Positions 1-7,896 of a stretch of 32,000 nucleotides of DNA are shown here, in pieces. Positions within the stretch are counted from its first letter, which is position 1. Each line of letters opens with the position of its first letter. The stretch is from contig NZ_CP047960.1 in assembly GCF_014280195.1 (NCBI RefSeq), positions 1,530,001-1,562,000 on the forward strand, given 5' to 3'. Position numbers and translations under genes: made by a program. The notes under the pieces are model-generated. The model was not told the DNA's origin. It made no database searches and saw only the letters and a program-made list of their open reading frames with translations. The DNA is from Synechococcus sp. A15-24 (GTDB lineage Bacteria > Cyanobacteriota > Cyanobacteriia > PCC-6307 > Cyanobiaceae).

Positions 1-649
1 AACGATCAAGTCGTTGCCCGTCCGTTGGATCCACCTGCTGCACCGGGGTGGGTTCGTAGCTCTCCACCAGACCGCCGGATGCCTTGTAGTGATCGACGAA
101 GGCCATTGACAGGGTGGCCTCTAGCGCACTCGGATCCGCCACGACCATGGCCCGGTCCCAACCGGCCTTGAGGGTGGCCTCCACCGTGGCCTTGACGTCC
201 TCCTGAATCGAGGGGACCAGTGGCCAGAGCTTCTCACGCCCCTTCAAACCTCGGAGGGTGTCAATCGACTCACCGCGCTGATAAGGGAGCAGAACACTGA
301 GGCCGTACTGCTCAGACAGGTCATTGAAGGCGCGCAGATCAGCGGAGGGTGGCGCCACCACGAGATGCTGATCGCGATGACGCGGCAGTTGCTCCAGCGG
401 AGATTGATCAGGCCGCAGTGCCATCCAGCGCACTGGGGGCACGGGATGACCGCAGGCCCTCACCGTCGCTTCACCAACGGTGTATCCCTGCAGAAAGCGG
501 TCGCGCAGGGTGGCGTCAGCCGAGGTGGACGGCAGCATCACCACAACACGCTGCCGCGGTAGGGCACTGGACACCATGGCCTGACAGCCAATGGCCGCAG
601 CCACAACACAGGACCAGGCGCACCGGGAACGCGGTGCCGAGCTCGACAT
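1..649 (-). CDS. Putative lipoprotein with a periplasmic-binding-protein-like alpha/beta pattern; 3' end cut by the window edge
   Basis: Absent from the supplied track because the frame has no stop inside the window. My translation of the reverse strand from the ATG (complement of 647-649) gives MSSSAPRSRCAWSCVVAAAIGCQAMV..VVVMLPSTSADATLRDRFLQGYTVGEA..LVVAPPSADLRAFNDLSEQYGLSVLLPYQRGES..AMVVADPSALEATL, open to position 1. It has a signal peptide with a lipobox-like AAIGC. The fold call is weak. Confidence 0.55.
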   Translation of the reverse strand, partial: MSSSAPRSRCAWSCVVAAAIGCQAMVSSALPRQRVVVMLPSTSADATLRDRFLQGYTVGEATVRACGHPVPPVRWMALRPDQSPLEQLPRHRDQHLVVAPPSADLRAFNDLSEQYGLSVLLPYQRGESIDTLRGLKGREKLWPLVPSIQEDVKATVEATLKAGWDRAMVVADPSALEATLSMAFVDHYKASGGLVESYEPTPVQQVDPTDGQRLDR

Positions 650-680
650 GAAACGGGACCGTCAACCCGACCGCGTCAAA

Positions 681-902
681 CTAGGGAGAACGGTCTCCGT
701 CGTCCGGTTTTGTCACCTGATCGTCGGACGATGGCACTTGAGATAACAGGCCACCAACAAGCAGCGCAGCACCGATGGCTGTGGCCAGACCGCGGTTATC
801 GGCCGCAGCGCCCTGTCCCCACACGGCCGTGGCCAGAAAAGAACCTCCAAGCAGGAGGCAGGGCACCAGAACGATGCCTCGTGCAATGCGGTTATCGGCC
901 AT
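681..902 (-). CDS. Small hydrophobic membrane protein (73 aa), hypothetical
   Basis: Two clear hydrophobic segments (GIVLVPCLLLGGSFLATAVW and LATAIGAALLVGGLL) and an acidic tail. Its ATG directly abuts the stop of the upstream gene (TGAATG at 900-905). Confidence 0.5.
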   Translation of the reverse strand: MADNRIARGIVLVPCLLLGGSFLATAVWGQGAAADNRGLATAIGAALLVGGLLSQVPSSDDQVTKPDDGDRSP

Positions 903-1271
903 TCAGGCTGGCTCCGTGGGGCAGCTGTCAGCCGCCAGGCCAGCCGTCACCAGACCGGAGCTGAGATCCTGCTCATCACCGATGGGGGTGACCCTGGCCA
1001 GCAACTGGCCATCGTTGCGTCCCACCGGGCGGAGATTGACCCGTCTGCGGCGGGGCAGCTCCTGCCTCAACCAATCCACGGCAGCGGACTCCCCAGCAGG
1101 CTCGACGTCGATGCAGGCCAGCTGAACCGTGTAAGTGCGGTTGCCATCACCCACCTGCAACAGTGATGCGGTACGAACCTGCAGCACTTCGGCCGCCGCT
1201 GCCGGTAAAACCGCAACGACGGCCACCAGCAGCAACCCCAGCAAGCGGGTGATCACAAGGAGGCGCCGCAC
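903..1271 (-). CDS. Secreted SNase (thermonuclease)-like OB-fold protein, possibly catalytically degenerate
   Basis: N-terminal signal peptide MRRLLVITRLLGLLLVAVVAVLPAAAAE. Then VGDGNRTYTVQLACIDVEP...RNDGQLLARV...GLVTAGLA, which resembles the SNase pattern GDGDT..vRL.GIDaPE...D.YGR.la.v...lv..GlA. The GTG start at 1271 overlaps ilvB by 19 nt. An alternative GTG at 1256 forms a GTGA overlap with the ilvB stop. Confidence 0.6.
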   Translation of the reverse strand: MRRLLVITRLLGLLLVAVVAVLPAAAAEVLQVRTASLLQVGDGNRTYTVQLACIDVEPAGESAAVDWLRQELPRRRRVNLRPVGRNDGQLLARVTPIGDEQDLSSGLVTAGLAADSCPTEPA

Positions 1272-3106
1272 TGCGGACAGAAGCGATGTTCATGGGCAGT
1301 GATAGCGCCACAGGAGCTGCAGGTGCGGGTAGTGCCCATCGCCAGCTCCGGGTGCGAGGGGAGACCCACCATCTGTGCATTGCTCTTGCCCGGCGGAACC
1401 ATCGGGTAGCAGTTCTCTCCCCGCCGCACGTGCACGTCAATCATCATCGGGGTTGGTGATTGCAGGGCTGCGGCGAGGTCGCGGTGCAGCGACTCACGCT
1501 CGGTGATCTTGACGCCATCCACGCCGAAGGAACGGGCCAGGGCGATGAAATCAGGCATGCCATTGAGCATGTCGGAGGCGGAATACCGCTCGTCGTAGAA
1601 GCTTTCCTGCCACTGACGCACCATGCCCTGCCAGTGGTTGTTGACGATCACCACCTTCACCGGCAGGCCATAGGCCGCCAGGGTTCCGAGTTCCTGGATG
1701 TTCATCAGGATGCTGGCATCACCGGCGATGCACACCACCTGCCGATCCGGCATGGCCACCTGGGCCCCCATGGCAGCCGGCATCCCGAAGCCCATCGTCC
1801 CCAGGCCGGCGCTGCTGATCCAGCCCCTGGGTCCGTTGCGCAGGTACTGCGCAGCCCACATCTGATGCTGACCAACGTCCGTGGTGACGATCGCGTCGGG
1901 GGCCAGACCCCTCACCGCCAGCAGCACCTCCTGGGGGTAGATCGCCCCTTCCGTTGGCGGAATCGTGAGGGGATAACGATCCTTCCAGGTGTTGATGCGC
2001 TCCAGCCAGGCTGCAGTTCGGGGTTCCGCCGTGCGTTGCAGGCTGATCTCCACCATCCGCGCCAGGCTCAGGCCAAGATCACCGAGCACAGCCACATCAG
2101 CCTTGCGGTTCTTACCGATCTCCGCCGGATCGATCTCGAAGTGCACCACCCGGGCCCGGGGGGCGAAAGTGTCCAGCTTGCCGGTGACGCGGTCATCAAA
2201 CCGTGCACCGACAGCGATCAACAGGTCGCATTCGGTGACGGCGAAGTTGGCGTAGGCGGTGCCATGCATGCCGAGCATGCCCACCGAGAGAGCATCGTTC
2301 TCATCAAAGGCACCTTTGCCCATCAAGGTGGTGGTGACCGGGAGCTGATAACGCTCGGCCAGCATCCTGAGGCTGTCGTGGGCACCTGCAGAGATCGCGC
2401 CGCCACCCACGTAGAGCAGAGGTCGTTGGGCCTGCTCGATCAGATCCAGTGCCGCTGCCACCGCAGCATCGAGCGGAGGTTCGGGCTGGTGGAAACCGCC
2501 AGGGATGACGGAACCGGGTTCCACCGGCACATAGTTGAATTGTTCCTGCCCCACATCCTTGGGGATGTCGATCAGCACGGGGCCGGGGCGGCCGCTGGCG
2601 GCAATCAGAAACGCCTGGGCCACGATCGAACCCAGGTCGGCAGGGTCGCGCACCACCCAGGAATGCTTCACGATCGGCAGGGTGATGCCGAAAATATCGG
2701 TTTCCTGAAAGGCATCGGTACCGATGGCCGGGCGCGGAACCTGCCCGGTGATCACCACCATCGGCACGGAATCCATCTGGGCTGTGGCGATGCCCGTCAC
2801 CAGATTGGTGGCACCTGGACCAGAGGTGCCGAAGCAGACACCAACCTTGCCGGTGGCCCTGGCATAGGCATCAGCGGCGTGGGTGCCGGCCTGCTCGTGA
2901 CGCACCAGGATGTGCCTCACCCAGCCTTCGCTTTCAGCGATGTGCAGAGCGTCGTAAATCGGCAGGATCGCCCCGCCTGGGTAGCCGAAGATCATGTCCA
3001 CCCCGTGGCGCCGCAGCGCATCCATCAACGCCGCAGCGCCGCTGATGGTCTGCGGTGCATTGGCATCCAGTCCACCGACAACCGTTGAGGCGGAAGTAAG
3101 GGTCAC
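1253..3106 (-). CDS. ilvB: Acetolactate synthase (acetohydroxyacid synthase) large subunit with a C-terminal zinc-ribbon tail
   Basis: Full-length ThDP-enzyme signature: GAAALMDALRRHGVDMIFGYPGGAILPIYDAL, GTSGPGATNLVTGIATA, GLGTMGFGMPAAMGAQVA, IAGDASILMNIQEL. The track ORF runs to 3289 and would overlap the hemH 3' end. GTG at 3106 (VTLTSASTVVGG, about 617 aa) or GTG at 3130 are the plausible starts. Confidence 0.95.
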   Translation of the reverse strand: MTLTSASTVVGGLDANAPQTISGAAALMDALRRHGVDMIFGYPGGAILPIYDALHIAESEGWVRHILVRHEQAGTHAADAYARATGKVGVCFGTSGPGATNLVTGIATAQMDSVPMVVITGQVPRPAIGTDAFQETDIFGITLPIVKHSWVVRDPADLGSIVAQAFLIAASGRPGPVLIDIPKDVGQEQFNYVPVEPGSVIPGGFHQPEPPLDAAVAAALDLIEQAQRPLLYVGGGAISAGAHDSLRMLAERYQLPVTTTLMGKGAFDENDALSVGMLGMHGTAYANFAVTECDLLIAVGARFDDRVTGKLDTFAPRARVVHFEIDPAEIGKNRKADVAVLGDLGLSLARMVEISLQRTAEPRTAAWLERINTWKDRYPLTIPPTEGAIYPQEVLLAVRGLAPDAIVTTDVGQHQMWAAQYLRNGPRGWISSAGLGTMGFGMPAAMGAQVAMPDRQVVCIAGDASILMNIQELGTLAAYGLPVKVVIVNNHWQGMVRQWQESFYDERYSASDMLNGMPDFIALARSFGVDGVKITERESLHRDLAAALQSPTPMMIDVHVRRGENCYPMVPPGKSNAQMVGLPSHPELAMGTTRTCSSCGAITAHEHRFCPQCGASL

Positions 3107-3162
3107 GGCAACTGGTCGGGAATGACCCACAAGGTTAAGGGCCTGCAGCTCTCCTGGCTTGC

Positions 3163-4338
3163 TCAGAGCAAACCGAGGGCATGCAGCGGGCCATGGCCGC
3201 TGATCAGCTCCAACAGAAACGCGGAAAAACCGAGCATGGCCAGGCGTCCGTTCCAAACCTCGGAACTGTTGTTCCAGCCCCATTCCCACTTTTCTTGGGG
3301 GTAGAGCTTCACTTTGGTGGGCAGTTCAGCCGCTGCGTCGAGGCTCACCTCAGGCCCCTCCAGGCTGCTGGTCACCAGATCCGCCAACCCCTCGATGAAG
3401 GGAGGGTAAGTATCAAGGGCACGCACCCTGCGGAAATTGACCACACCGGCTTCGGTGGCAAGCTCCCGGTATTCGATGTCGATCTCCTCGAGTGTTTCGA
3501 TGTGCTCGCTGACGAAACTGATGGGCACCACCACTAGATCGTTGGTCTTGGCCTCCCCCAGTTGCTCGAGCGCCTCCTCGGTGTAGGGCTTCAGCCATTC
3601 CACCGGACCCACTCGGCTCTGATACGCGAGGGTGTGGGGGTTGGCATGGCCCATGTGCTCCGCCAGGGATTTCATGATCAGATCGGTGCAGGCCTCGATC
3701 TGCTGCTGATAGGGATCACCGGCTTCCTCCACGTAGCTCTTGGGCACGCCGTGGGCACTGAAAAAGACATGGGCCTTTTCCGGGTCGTCGCTGTTGCGCA
3801 CCTCTTCGGCGATCAGCTCGGCCATCGCCTTGATGTAGCCGGGGTGGTCAAACCAACTGCGGATGCAGCGGATCGGAAGCTGTTCGAAGGCTGCATCGCC
3901 CTGACGCAGCCGCTGCAGTTCCCGGAAGCTGGAGCCGCTGGTGCTGATGGAGAAGTGGGGATAGAGCGGCAGCACCACCACCTCATCCATGCCATCCGCC
4001 TTCATGTCAGCCACGGCGGATTCCGTGAACGGATGCCAGTACCGCATCGCGACGTAGGTGGTGGCATCCAGTCCGCGGTGCCGCAGCAGACTCTGCAGCT
4101 CCCGGGCCTGCTGTTCGGTGATCCGGCGCAGGGGTGATCCGCCGCCGATGGAGCGATAGGCCTCCTGGGATTTACCGCTGCGAAGGGTGCTGATCAACCA
4201 GGCCAGGGGCTTCTGCAGGGCGGGGCTGGGTAGCCGGATGATCTCCGGGTCAGCAAACAGGTTGTAGAGAAACGGTCCGACATCCTGAATGCGTTCGGGT
4301 CCCCCCAGATTCAGCAGGACGACGCCGACGCGGGACAT
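3163..4338 (-). CDS. hemH: Ferrochelatase with a C-terminal chlorophyll a/b-binding (CAB/HLIP-type) helix
   Basis: [15 protein letters not shown]..., [10 protein letters not shown], and the C-terminal [19 protein letters not shown], which is the CAB motif typical of cyanobacterial and plastid type II ferrochelatases. Confidence 0.95.
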   Translation of the reverse strand: MSRVGVVLLNLGGPERIQDVGPFLYNLFADPEIIRLPSPALQKPLAWLISTLRSGKSQEAYRSIGGGSPLRRITEQQARELQSLLRHRGLDATTYVAMRYWHPFTESAVADMKADGMDEVVVLPLYPHFSISTSGSSFRELQRLRQGDAAFEQLPIRCIRSWFDHPGYIKAMAELIAEEVRNSDDPEKAHVFFSAHGVPKSYVEEAGDPYQQQIEACTDLIMKSLAEHMGHANPHTLAYQSRVGPVEWLKPYTEEALEQLGEAKTNDLVVVPISFVSEHIETLEEIDIEYRELATEAGVVNFRRVRALDTYPPFIEGLADLVTSSLEGPEVSLDAAAELPTKVKLYPQEKWEWGWNNSSEVWNGRLAMLGFSAFLLELISGHGPLHALGLL

Positions 4339-4410
4339 GCCAACAACCGTGAAATCAGGGGCTTGAGCGTAACCCGCGTCAACGTCATCTTGGGCGCTGA
4401 AGCCTCAGCT

Positions 4411-5553
4411 ATGGACCTTCGCAACAGCCTGAATGCCCTCAACGCGCAGCTGGCTGTCCAGGGGACACGGCTGCGCATCGAGCAACGTGGCCAGGGCCTC
4501 AACCTGAGGGGACCGCTGCCGCTGCGGGACGAGCCATCCAAAACCAAGGTGCAGCGCATCAGCCTGGGGCTACGGGCCGATGCCGCTGGCCTGCAGGAGG
4601 CCAAGGAAACCCTGGATCAGGTTCAACGGCAGCTGGATCGTGACCGCTTCAACTGGGAGGACTGGCAGACCACGCCGCGCGGATCCACCGGAACCGGTGC
4701 AGACGCAGCGATCGGCTCCTTCGAACAAGCCTTTTTCAACGACCCCCGCCGCCGCCGCGCCGCCGCCGGCAGCCGCACCACCTGGAGTGGGGCCTACCTC
4801 CCCTATCTCAGACGCCTGCGCCACCTCAGCGGTGAAGCACCCCTCAACGCTGCATTGCTGCTGCAAACCCTGCGCAGTTATGAGGATGGAAGCCGCAGCC
4901 GCCAGCAGTGTTCCACGGCCCTCGCGGCCCTGGCCCAGCATCTCGGCCTTGCCCTGCCGGAGGACTGGCGACAGGAAGCCGGCGGCTACGGGCTGCACCG
5001 GGCACGCTTTCGGCAGCTGCCGACAGACGCGCAGATCCTCGAAGCGGTGCTGCGGATCCCCAACCCCCGATGGCGGCTGGCCTACGGCCTGATGGCCACC
5101 TATGGATTACGCAACCATGAGGTGTTTTTCTGCGATCTCAGTGCCTTGGCCGAGCACGGTGACCGGGTGATCCGGGTGCTGCCCAACACCAAAACAGGTG
5201 AACACCAGGTGTGGCCGTTCCAGCCGGAGTGGGTGGACCGCTTCAGCCTCACCAGCCTGGGAAGCCGTGAAGAGGCACTGCCGCAGATCCAGACCGATCT
5301 GCGCCGCACCACCCTGCAGCAGGTGGGGCGACGGGTGAGTGAACAGTTCCGCCGTTATGGCTTGCCGATCACCCCCTACGACCTGCGCCATGCCTGGGCG
5401 GTGCGCACCATCCACATCGGACTTCCCGATACCGTTGCCGCCAGGATGATGGGACACTCCGTGGCGATTCACACCCGCACGTATCACCACTGGATCACCC
5501 GGCGTGATCAGCAGCAGGCGGTGGATGCAGCCCTGGCACGCCAGCAGGCCTGA
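4411..5553 (+). CDS. Tyrosine site-specific recombinase (phage-integrase family), apparently catalytically intact
   Basis: Catalytic signature visible: R in YGLRNHEV, K in NTKTGEHQVW, HxxR in LRHAWAVR, H in MGHS, Y in TRTYHHW. The track start at 4363 is TTG. ATG at 4411 (MDLRNSLNAL) is preferred. The stop overlaps the next gene's start (TGATG at 5551-5555). Confidence 0.85.
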   Translation: MDLRNSLNALNAQLAVQGTRLRIEQRGQGLNLRGPLPLRDEPSKTKVQRISLGLRADAAGLQEAKETLDQVQRQLDRDRFNWEDWQTTPRGSTGTGADAAIGSFEQAFFNDPRRRRAAAGSRTTWSGAYLPYLRRLRHLSGEAPLNAALLLQTLRSYEDGSRSRQQCSTALAALAQHLGLALPEDWRQEAGGYGLHRARFRQLPTDAQILEAVLRIPNPRWRLAYGLMATYGLRNHEVFFCDLSALAEHGDRVIRVLPNTKTGEHQVWPFQPEWVDRFSLTSLGSREEALPQIQTDLRRTTLQQVGRRVSEQFRRYGLPITPYDLRHAWAVRTIHIGLPDTVAARMMGHSVAIHTRTYHHWITRRDQQQAVDAALARQQA

Positions 5554-6200
5554 TGAGCTCCTTTCTGCGGCCACTAGCCTATCGGCATCGCTGGATCTAC
5601 GACCTGGTGACGGCCGTCTCGTCGTTGAGTGTCGGCGGGGTGGAGCGGTTGCGCGGGCTTGGGTTGGAGGCTTTAGGCCCCCATCTGAGCCCGGACGCCG
5701 CCGTGCTGGACCTCTGCTGCGGCAGTGGCGAGGCGGCCGCCCCCTGGCTGGAGGCCGGCTACCGCGTGACAGGGCTCGACATCTCACCCCGTGCCCTTGC
5801 CCTGGCGGCGCAACGGCATCCCGCGATGACCCGGGTGGAGGGATTAGCGGAAGACCCACCACTGGCGGATGCAAGCTTCGCGGCCATCCAGCTGAGTGTG
5901 GCCCTGCACGAATTCCCGCGAACCGACCGGGAGGCGGTGCTGCGCAGCTGTCTGCGGCTGCTGCAACCCGGTGGCTGGCTGGTGGTGGTGGACCTGCACC
6001 CAGCAGGGCCATGGCTGCGGCTGCCGCAGCAGCTGTTCTGTGCGTTGTTTGAAACCGATACCGCCACCGCCATGCTGGAGGACGACCTCCCCGCACAGCT
6101 GAAGCAACTGGGTTTCTCTGCCGTGAACCAGGAGCTGTTGGCGGGTCAGGCTTTGCAACGCATCACCGCAACCCGTTCCGCAGACAGCACGCCCTCATGA
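5553..6200 (+). CDS. Class I SAM-dependent methyltransferase (small-molecule type, Methyltransf_11-like)
   Basis: Motif I VLDLCCGSGEAA, an acidic loop GLDISP, and post-II LQPGGWLVVVD. It is overlap-coupled to both neighbours (TGATG at 5551-5555, ATGA at 6197-6200). Confidence 0.8.
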   Translation: MSSFLRPLAYRHRWIYDLVTAVSSLSVGGVERLRGLGLEALGPHLSPDAAVLDLCCGSGEAAAPWLEAGYRVTGLDISPRALALAAQRHPAMTRVEGLAEDPPLADASFAAIQLSVALHEFPRTDREAVLRSCLRLLQPGGWLVVVDLHPAGPWLRLPQQLFCALFETDTATAMLEDDLPAQLKQLGFSAVNQELLAGQALQRITATRSADSTPS

Positions 6201-6862
6201 GCAGCAGTGACCTCGATCAATCCGCCGCCGAACTGGGCATGGGAGGCAATCTCGCCCCTGAAACCGACGATGCCGGTTACCGCAAGCGGATGGAACGGCG
6301 CCAGCAGGTGCAGAAACAACGGGTGGAAGAACGCAACAAAGAAAAGGGATTAGTGCTGGTGTTCACCGGCCAGGGCAAGGGCAAAACCACCGCTGGGCTG
6401 GGGCTGGTGTTGCGCAGCCTGGGCCATGGCGAGCGGGTGGCGATCGTGCAGTTCATCAAGGGGGGATGGGAACCCGGCGAAGCACGGGCGCTGAAAGCCT
6501 TCGGCGATCAGGTGAGCTGGCATGCCCTTGGCGAAGGGTTCACCTGGGAAACCCAGGACCGGGAACGGGATCAACAGCTGGTGGAAGAGGCCTGGCAGAC
6601 CGCCCTGGGGTACCTGCGTGATGGTGCCGTGAAGCTGGTGCTGCTGGACGAGCTGAATGTGGCCCTGAAGCTGGGCTACATCAATGCCGAAACGGTGATT
6701 GACGGTTTGAACGAGCGCCCGGAGCTCACTCATGCGGCAGTGACCGGCCGCGGGGCGCCGGCAGCCCTGGTGGAGAGAGCTGATCTGGTGACGGAGATGA
6801 CCCTGGTGCACCACCCGTTCCGCGAGCAGGGCGTCAAGGCCCAGGCCGGCATCGAATACTGA
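6197..6862 (+). CDS. cobO: Cob(I)yrinic acid a,c-diamide adenosyltransferase
   Basis: GLVLVFTGQGKGKTTAGLGLVLRSLGHGERVAIVQFIKG P-loop block, LVLLDELNVALKLGYI and TGRGAP, all typical of the CobO/BtuR family. Confidence 0.9.
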   Translation: MSSSDLDQSAAELGMGGNLAPETDDAGYRKRMERRQQVQKQRVEERNKEKGLVLVFTGQGKGKTTAGLGLVLRSLGHGERVAIVQFIKGGWEPGEARALKAFGDQVSWHALGEGFTWETQDRERDQQLVEEAWQTALGYLRDGAVKLVLLDELNVALKLGYINAETVIDGLNERPELTHAAVTGRGAPAALVERADLVTEMTLVHHPFREQGVKAQAGIEY

Positions 6863-6871
6863 TAAGGACGA

Positions 6872-7078
6872 TCAGGCTGTTGCTTCTAGATCCTCGTTGA
6901 GACGCTTGGTGGCTTCCGTCAATACGGAGAGGCCACTCACCAGCAGGGCCCGATGCACCACAGGATCCTTCCAGCAAGCGGGATCTCGGCTGGCCCGTTC
7001 CAGGGCCGACAGAGTCAGCCTGGCCATTACACCGCTGTGACTGCTTTCGGTTTCTGGCATCCGGTCGGAACGGTTCAC
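6872..7078 (-). CDS. Small hypothetical protein (51-68 aa depending on start)
   Basis: ORF with normal, non-junk composition (MARLTLSALERASRDPACWKDPVVHRALLVSGLSVLTEATKRLNEDLEATA) and reasonable third-position GC. It fills the cobO-pyrH gap. No family recognised. The competing frame 6834-7082 looks like R/G/S-rich junk. Confidence 0.35.
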   Translation of the reverse strand: MNRSDRMPETESSHSGVMARLTLSALERASRDPACWKDPVVHRALLVSGLSVLTEATKRLNEDLEATA

Positions 7079-7080
7079 CC

Positions 7081-7132
7081 ATCCAAACGAGGCCAGGGTG
7101 ATCTGGCCAGTGCTTGCTACTGTCGTTTGGAT
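7081..7132 (+). promoter_or_regulatory. Nested inverted-repeat element in the pyrH leader
   Basis: Perfect 10-bp inverted repeat ATCCAAACGA (7081-7090) / TCGTTTGGAT (7123-7132). It encloses a 6-bp hairpin GGCCAG (7091-7096) / CTGGCC (7103-7108) and a 4-bp CAGT/ACTG hairpin. GATCTGG occurs three times (7100-7106, 7130-7136, 7137-7143), and the last copy abuts the pyrH ATG at 7144. Confidence 0.5.
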
Positions 7133-7143
7133 CTGGGATCTGG

Positions 7144-7857
7144 ATGACCTATTCCCGTGTGCTGCTGAAGCTCAGTGGCGAAGCCCTGATGGGTACGCAG
7201 GGTTACGGAATCGACCCCGCCATTGTGAATTCAGTCGCGTCCGATGTCGCCAAGGTGGTGGCCGGGGGCACGGAACTGGCCATCGTGGTGGGCGGCGGCA
7301 ACATCTTCCGTGGCCTCAAGGGTTCTGCGGCTGGAATGGAGCGGGCCACGGCGGACTACGTCGGCATGTTGGCCACGGTGATGAATGCCATCACCTTGCA
7401 GGACGGCTTGGAGCGGGCCGGGGTCCCCACCAGGGTGCAAACGGCCATTGCGATGCAGGAAGTTGCGGAGCCCTACATCCGCCGCAAGGCGATGCGCCAT
7501 CTGGAGAAGGGTCGGGTGGTGGTGTTCGGCGCCGGTTGCGGCAATCCCTTCTTCACCACCGACACCACCGCCGCCCTGCGGGCCGCTGAAATCAATGCCG
7601 ATGTGGTGTTCAAAGCCACCAAGGTGGATGGTGTGTACGACAAGGATCCGGCCAAACATGCTGATGCGGTGAAGCATGCCCATCTCACCTATCAGGATGT
7701 GCTGAGCGGTGAATTGGCCGTGATGGACAGCACCGCCATTGCCTTGTGCAAAGACAACAACATTCCGATTGTTGTTTTCAACCTGTTTGAACCTGGCAAC
7801 ATCGGCAGAGCAGTGGCAGGTGAACCGATCGGATCCCGCATCGGCAATCCCGCCTGA
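7144..7857 (+). CDS. pyrH: Uridylate (UMP) kinase
   Basis: [40 protein letters not shown] and [20 protein letters not shown]. The track start at 7114 is a TTG inside the leader hairpin. ATG at 7144 gives the canonical N-terminus. Confidence 0.95.
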   Translation: MTYSRVLLKLSGEALMGTQGYGIDPAIVNSVASDVAKVVAGGTELAIVVGGGNIFRGLKGSAAGMERATADYVGMLATVMNAITLQDGLERAGVPTRVQTAIAMQEVAEPYIRRKAMRHLEKGRVVVFGAGCGNPFFTTDTTAALRAAEINADVVFKATKVDGVYDKDPAKHADAVKHAHLTYQDVLSGELAVMDSTAIALCKDNNIPIVVFNLFEPGNIGRAVAGEPIGSRIGNPA

Positions 7858-7896
7858 CAACGCAGCCACGCCTGCACGCCTCCCTTAACAGCAACC

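Noticed and set aside
1460-3088. 542-aa ORF on the + strand
   Set aside because: It lies entirely antisense to ilvB, whose homology is unambiguous. Its translation is H/R/G/D/P-rich with no recognisable motifs. This is the typical stop-free antisense frame of GC-rich coding DNA.
3107-3289. N-terminal extension of ilvB in the track ORF (start at 3289)
   Set aside because: It would overlap the hemH 3' end by more than 120 nt. It encodes a non-conserved-looking R/P-rich leader, and the recognisable AHAS sequence begins after the GTG codons at 3130 and 3106.
4363-5553. Integrase as the marker of a prophage, genomic island or tycheposon-like element
   Set aside because: I found no adjacent tRNA gene, flanking direct repeats, excisionase, phage gene or cargo genes. 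The neighbours are housekeeping genes, the GC looks native, and the gene is overlap-coupled to a methyltransferase and cobO. I report it as a domesticated recombinase instead.
5107-6096. 329-aa ORF on the - strand, plus other long antisense ORFs (for example 13925-14560 +, 14822-15559 +, 16970-17767 -, 30266-31006 -, 7231-7869 -)
   Set aside because: All lie opposite confidently identified genes. All have Arg/Pro/Ala/Gly-dominated low-complexity translations.
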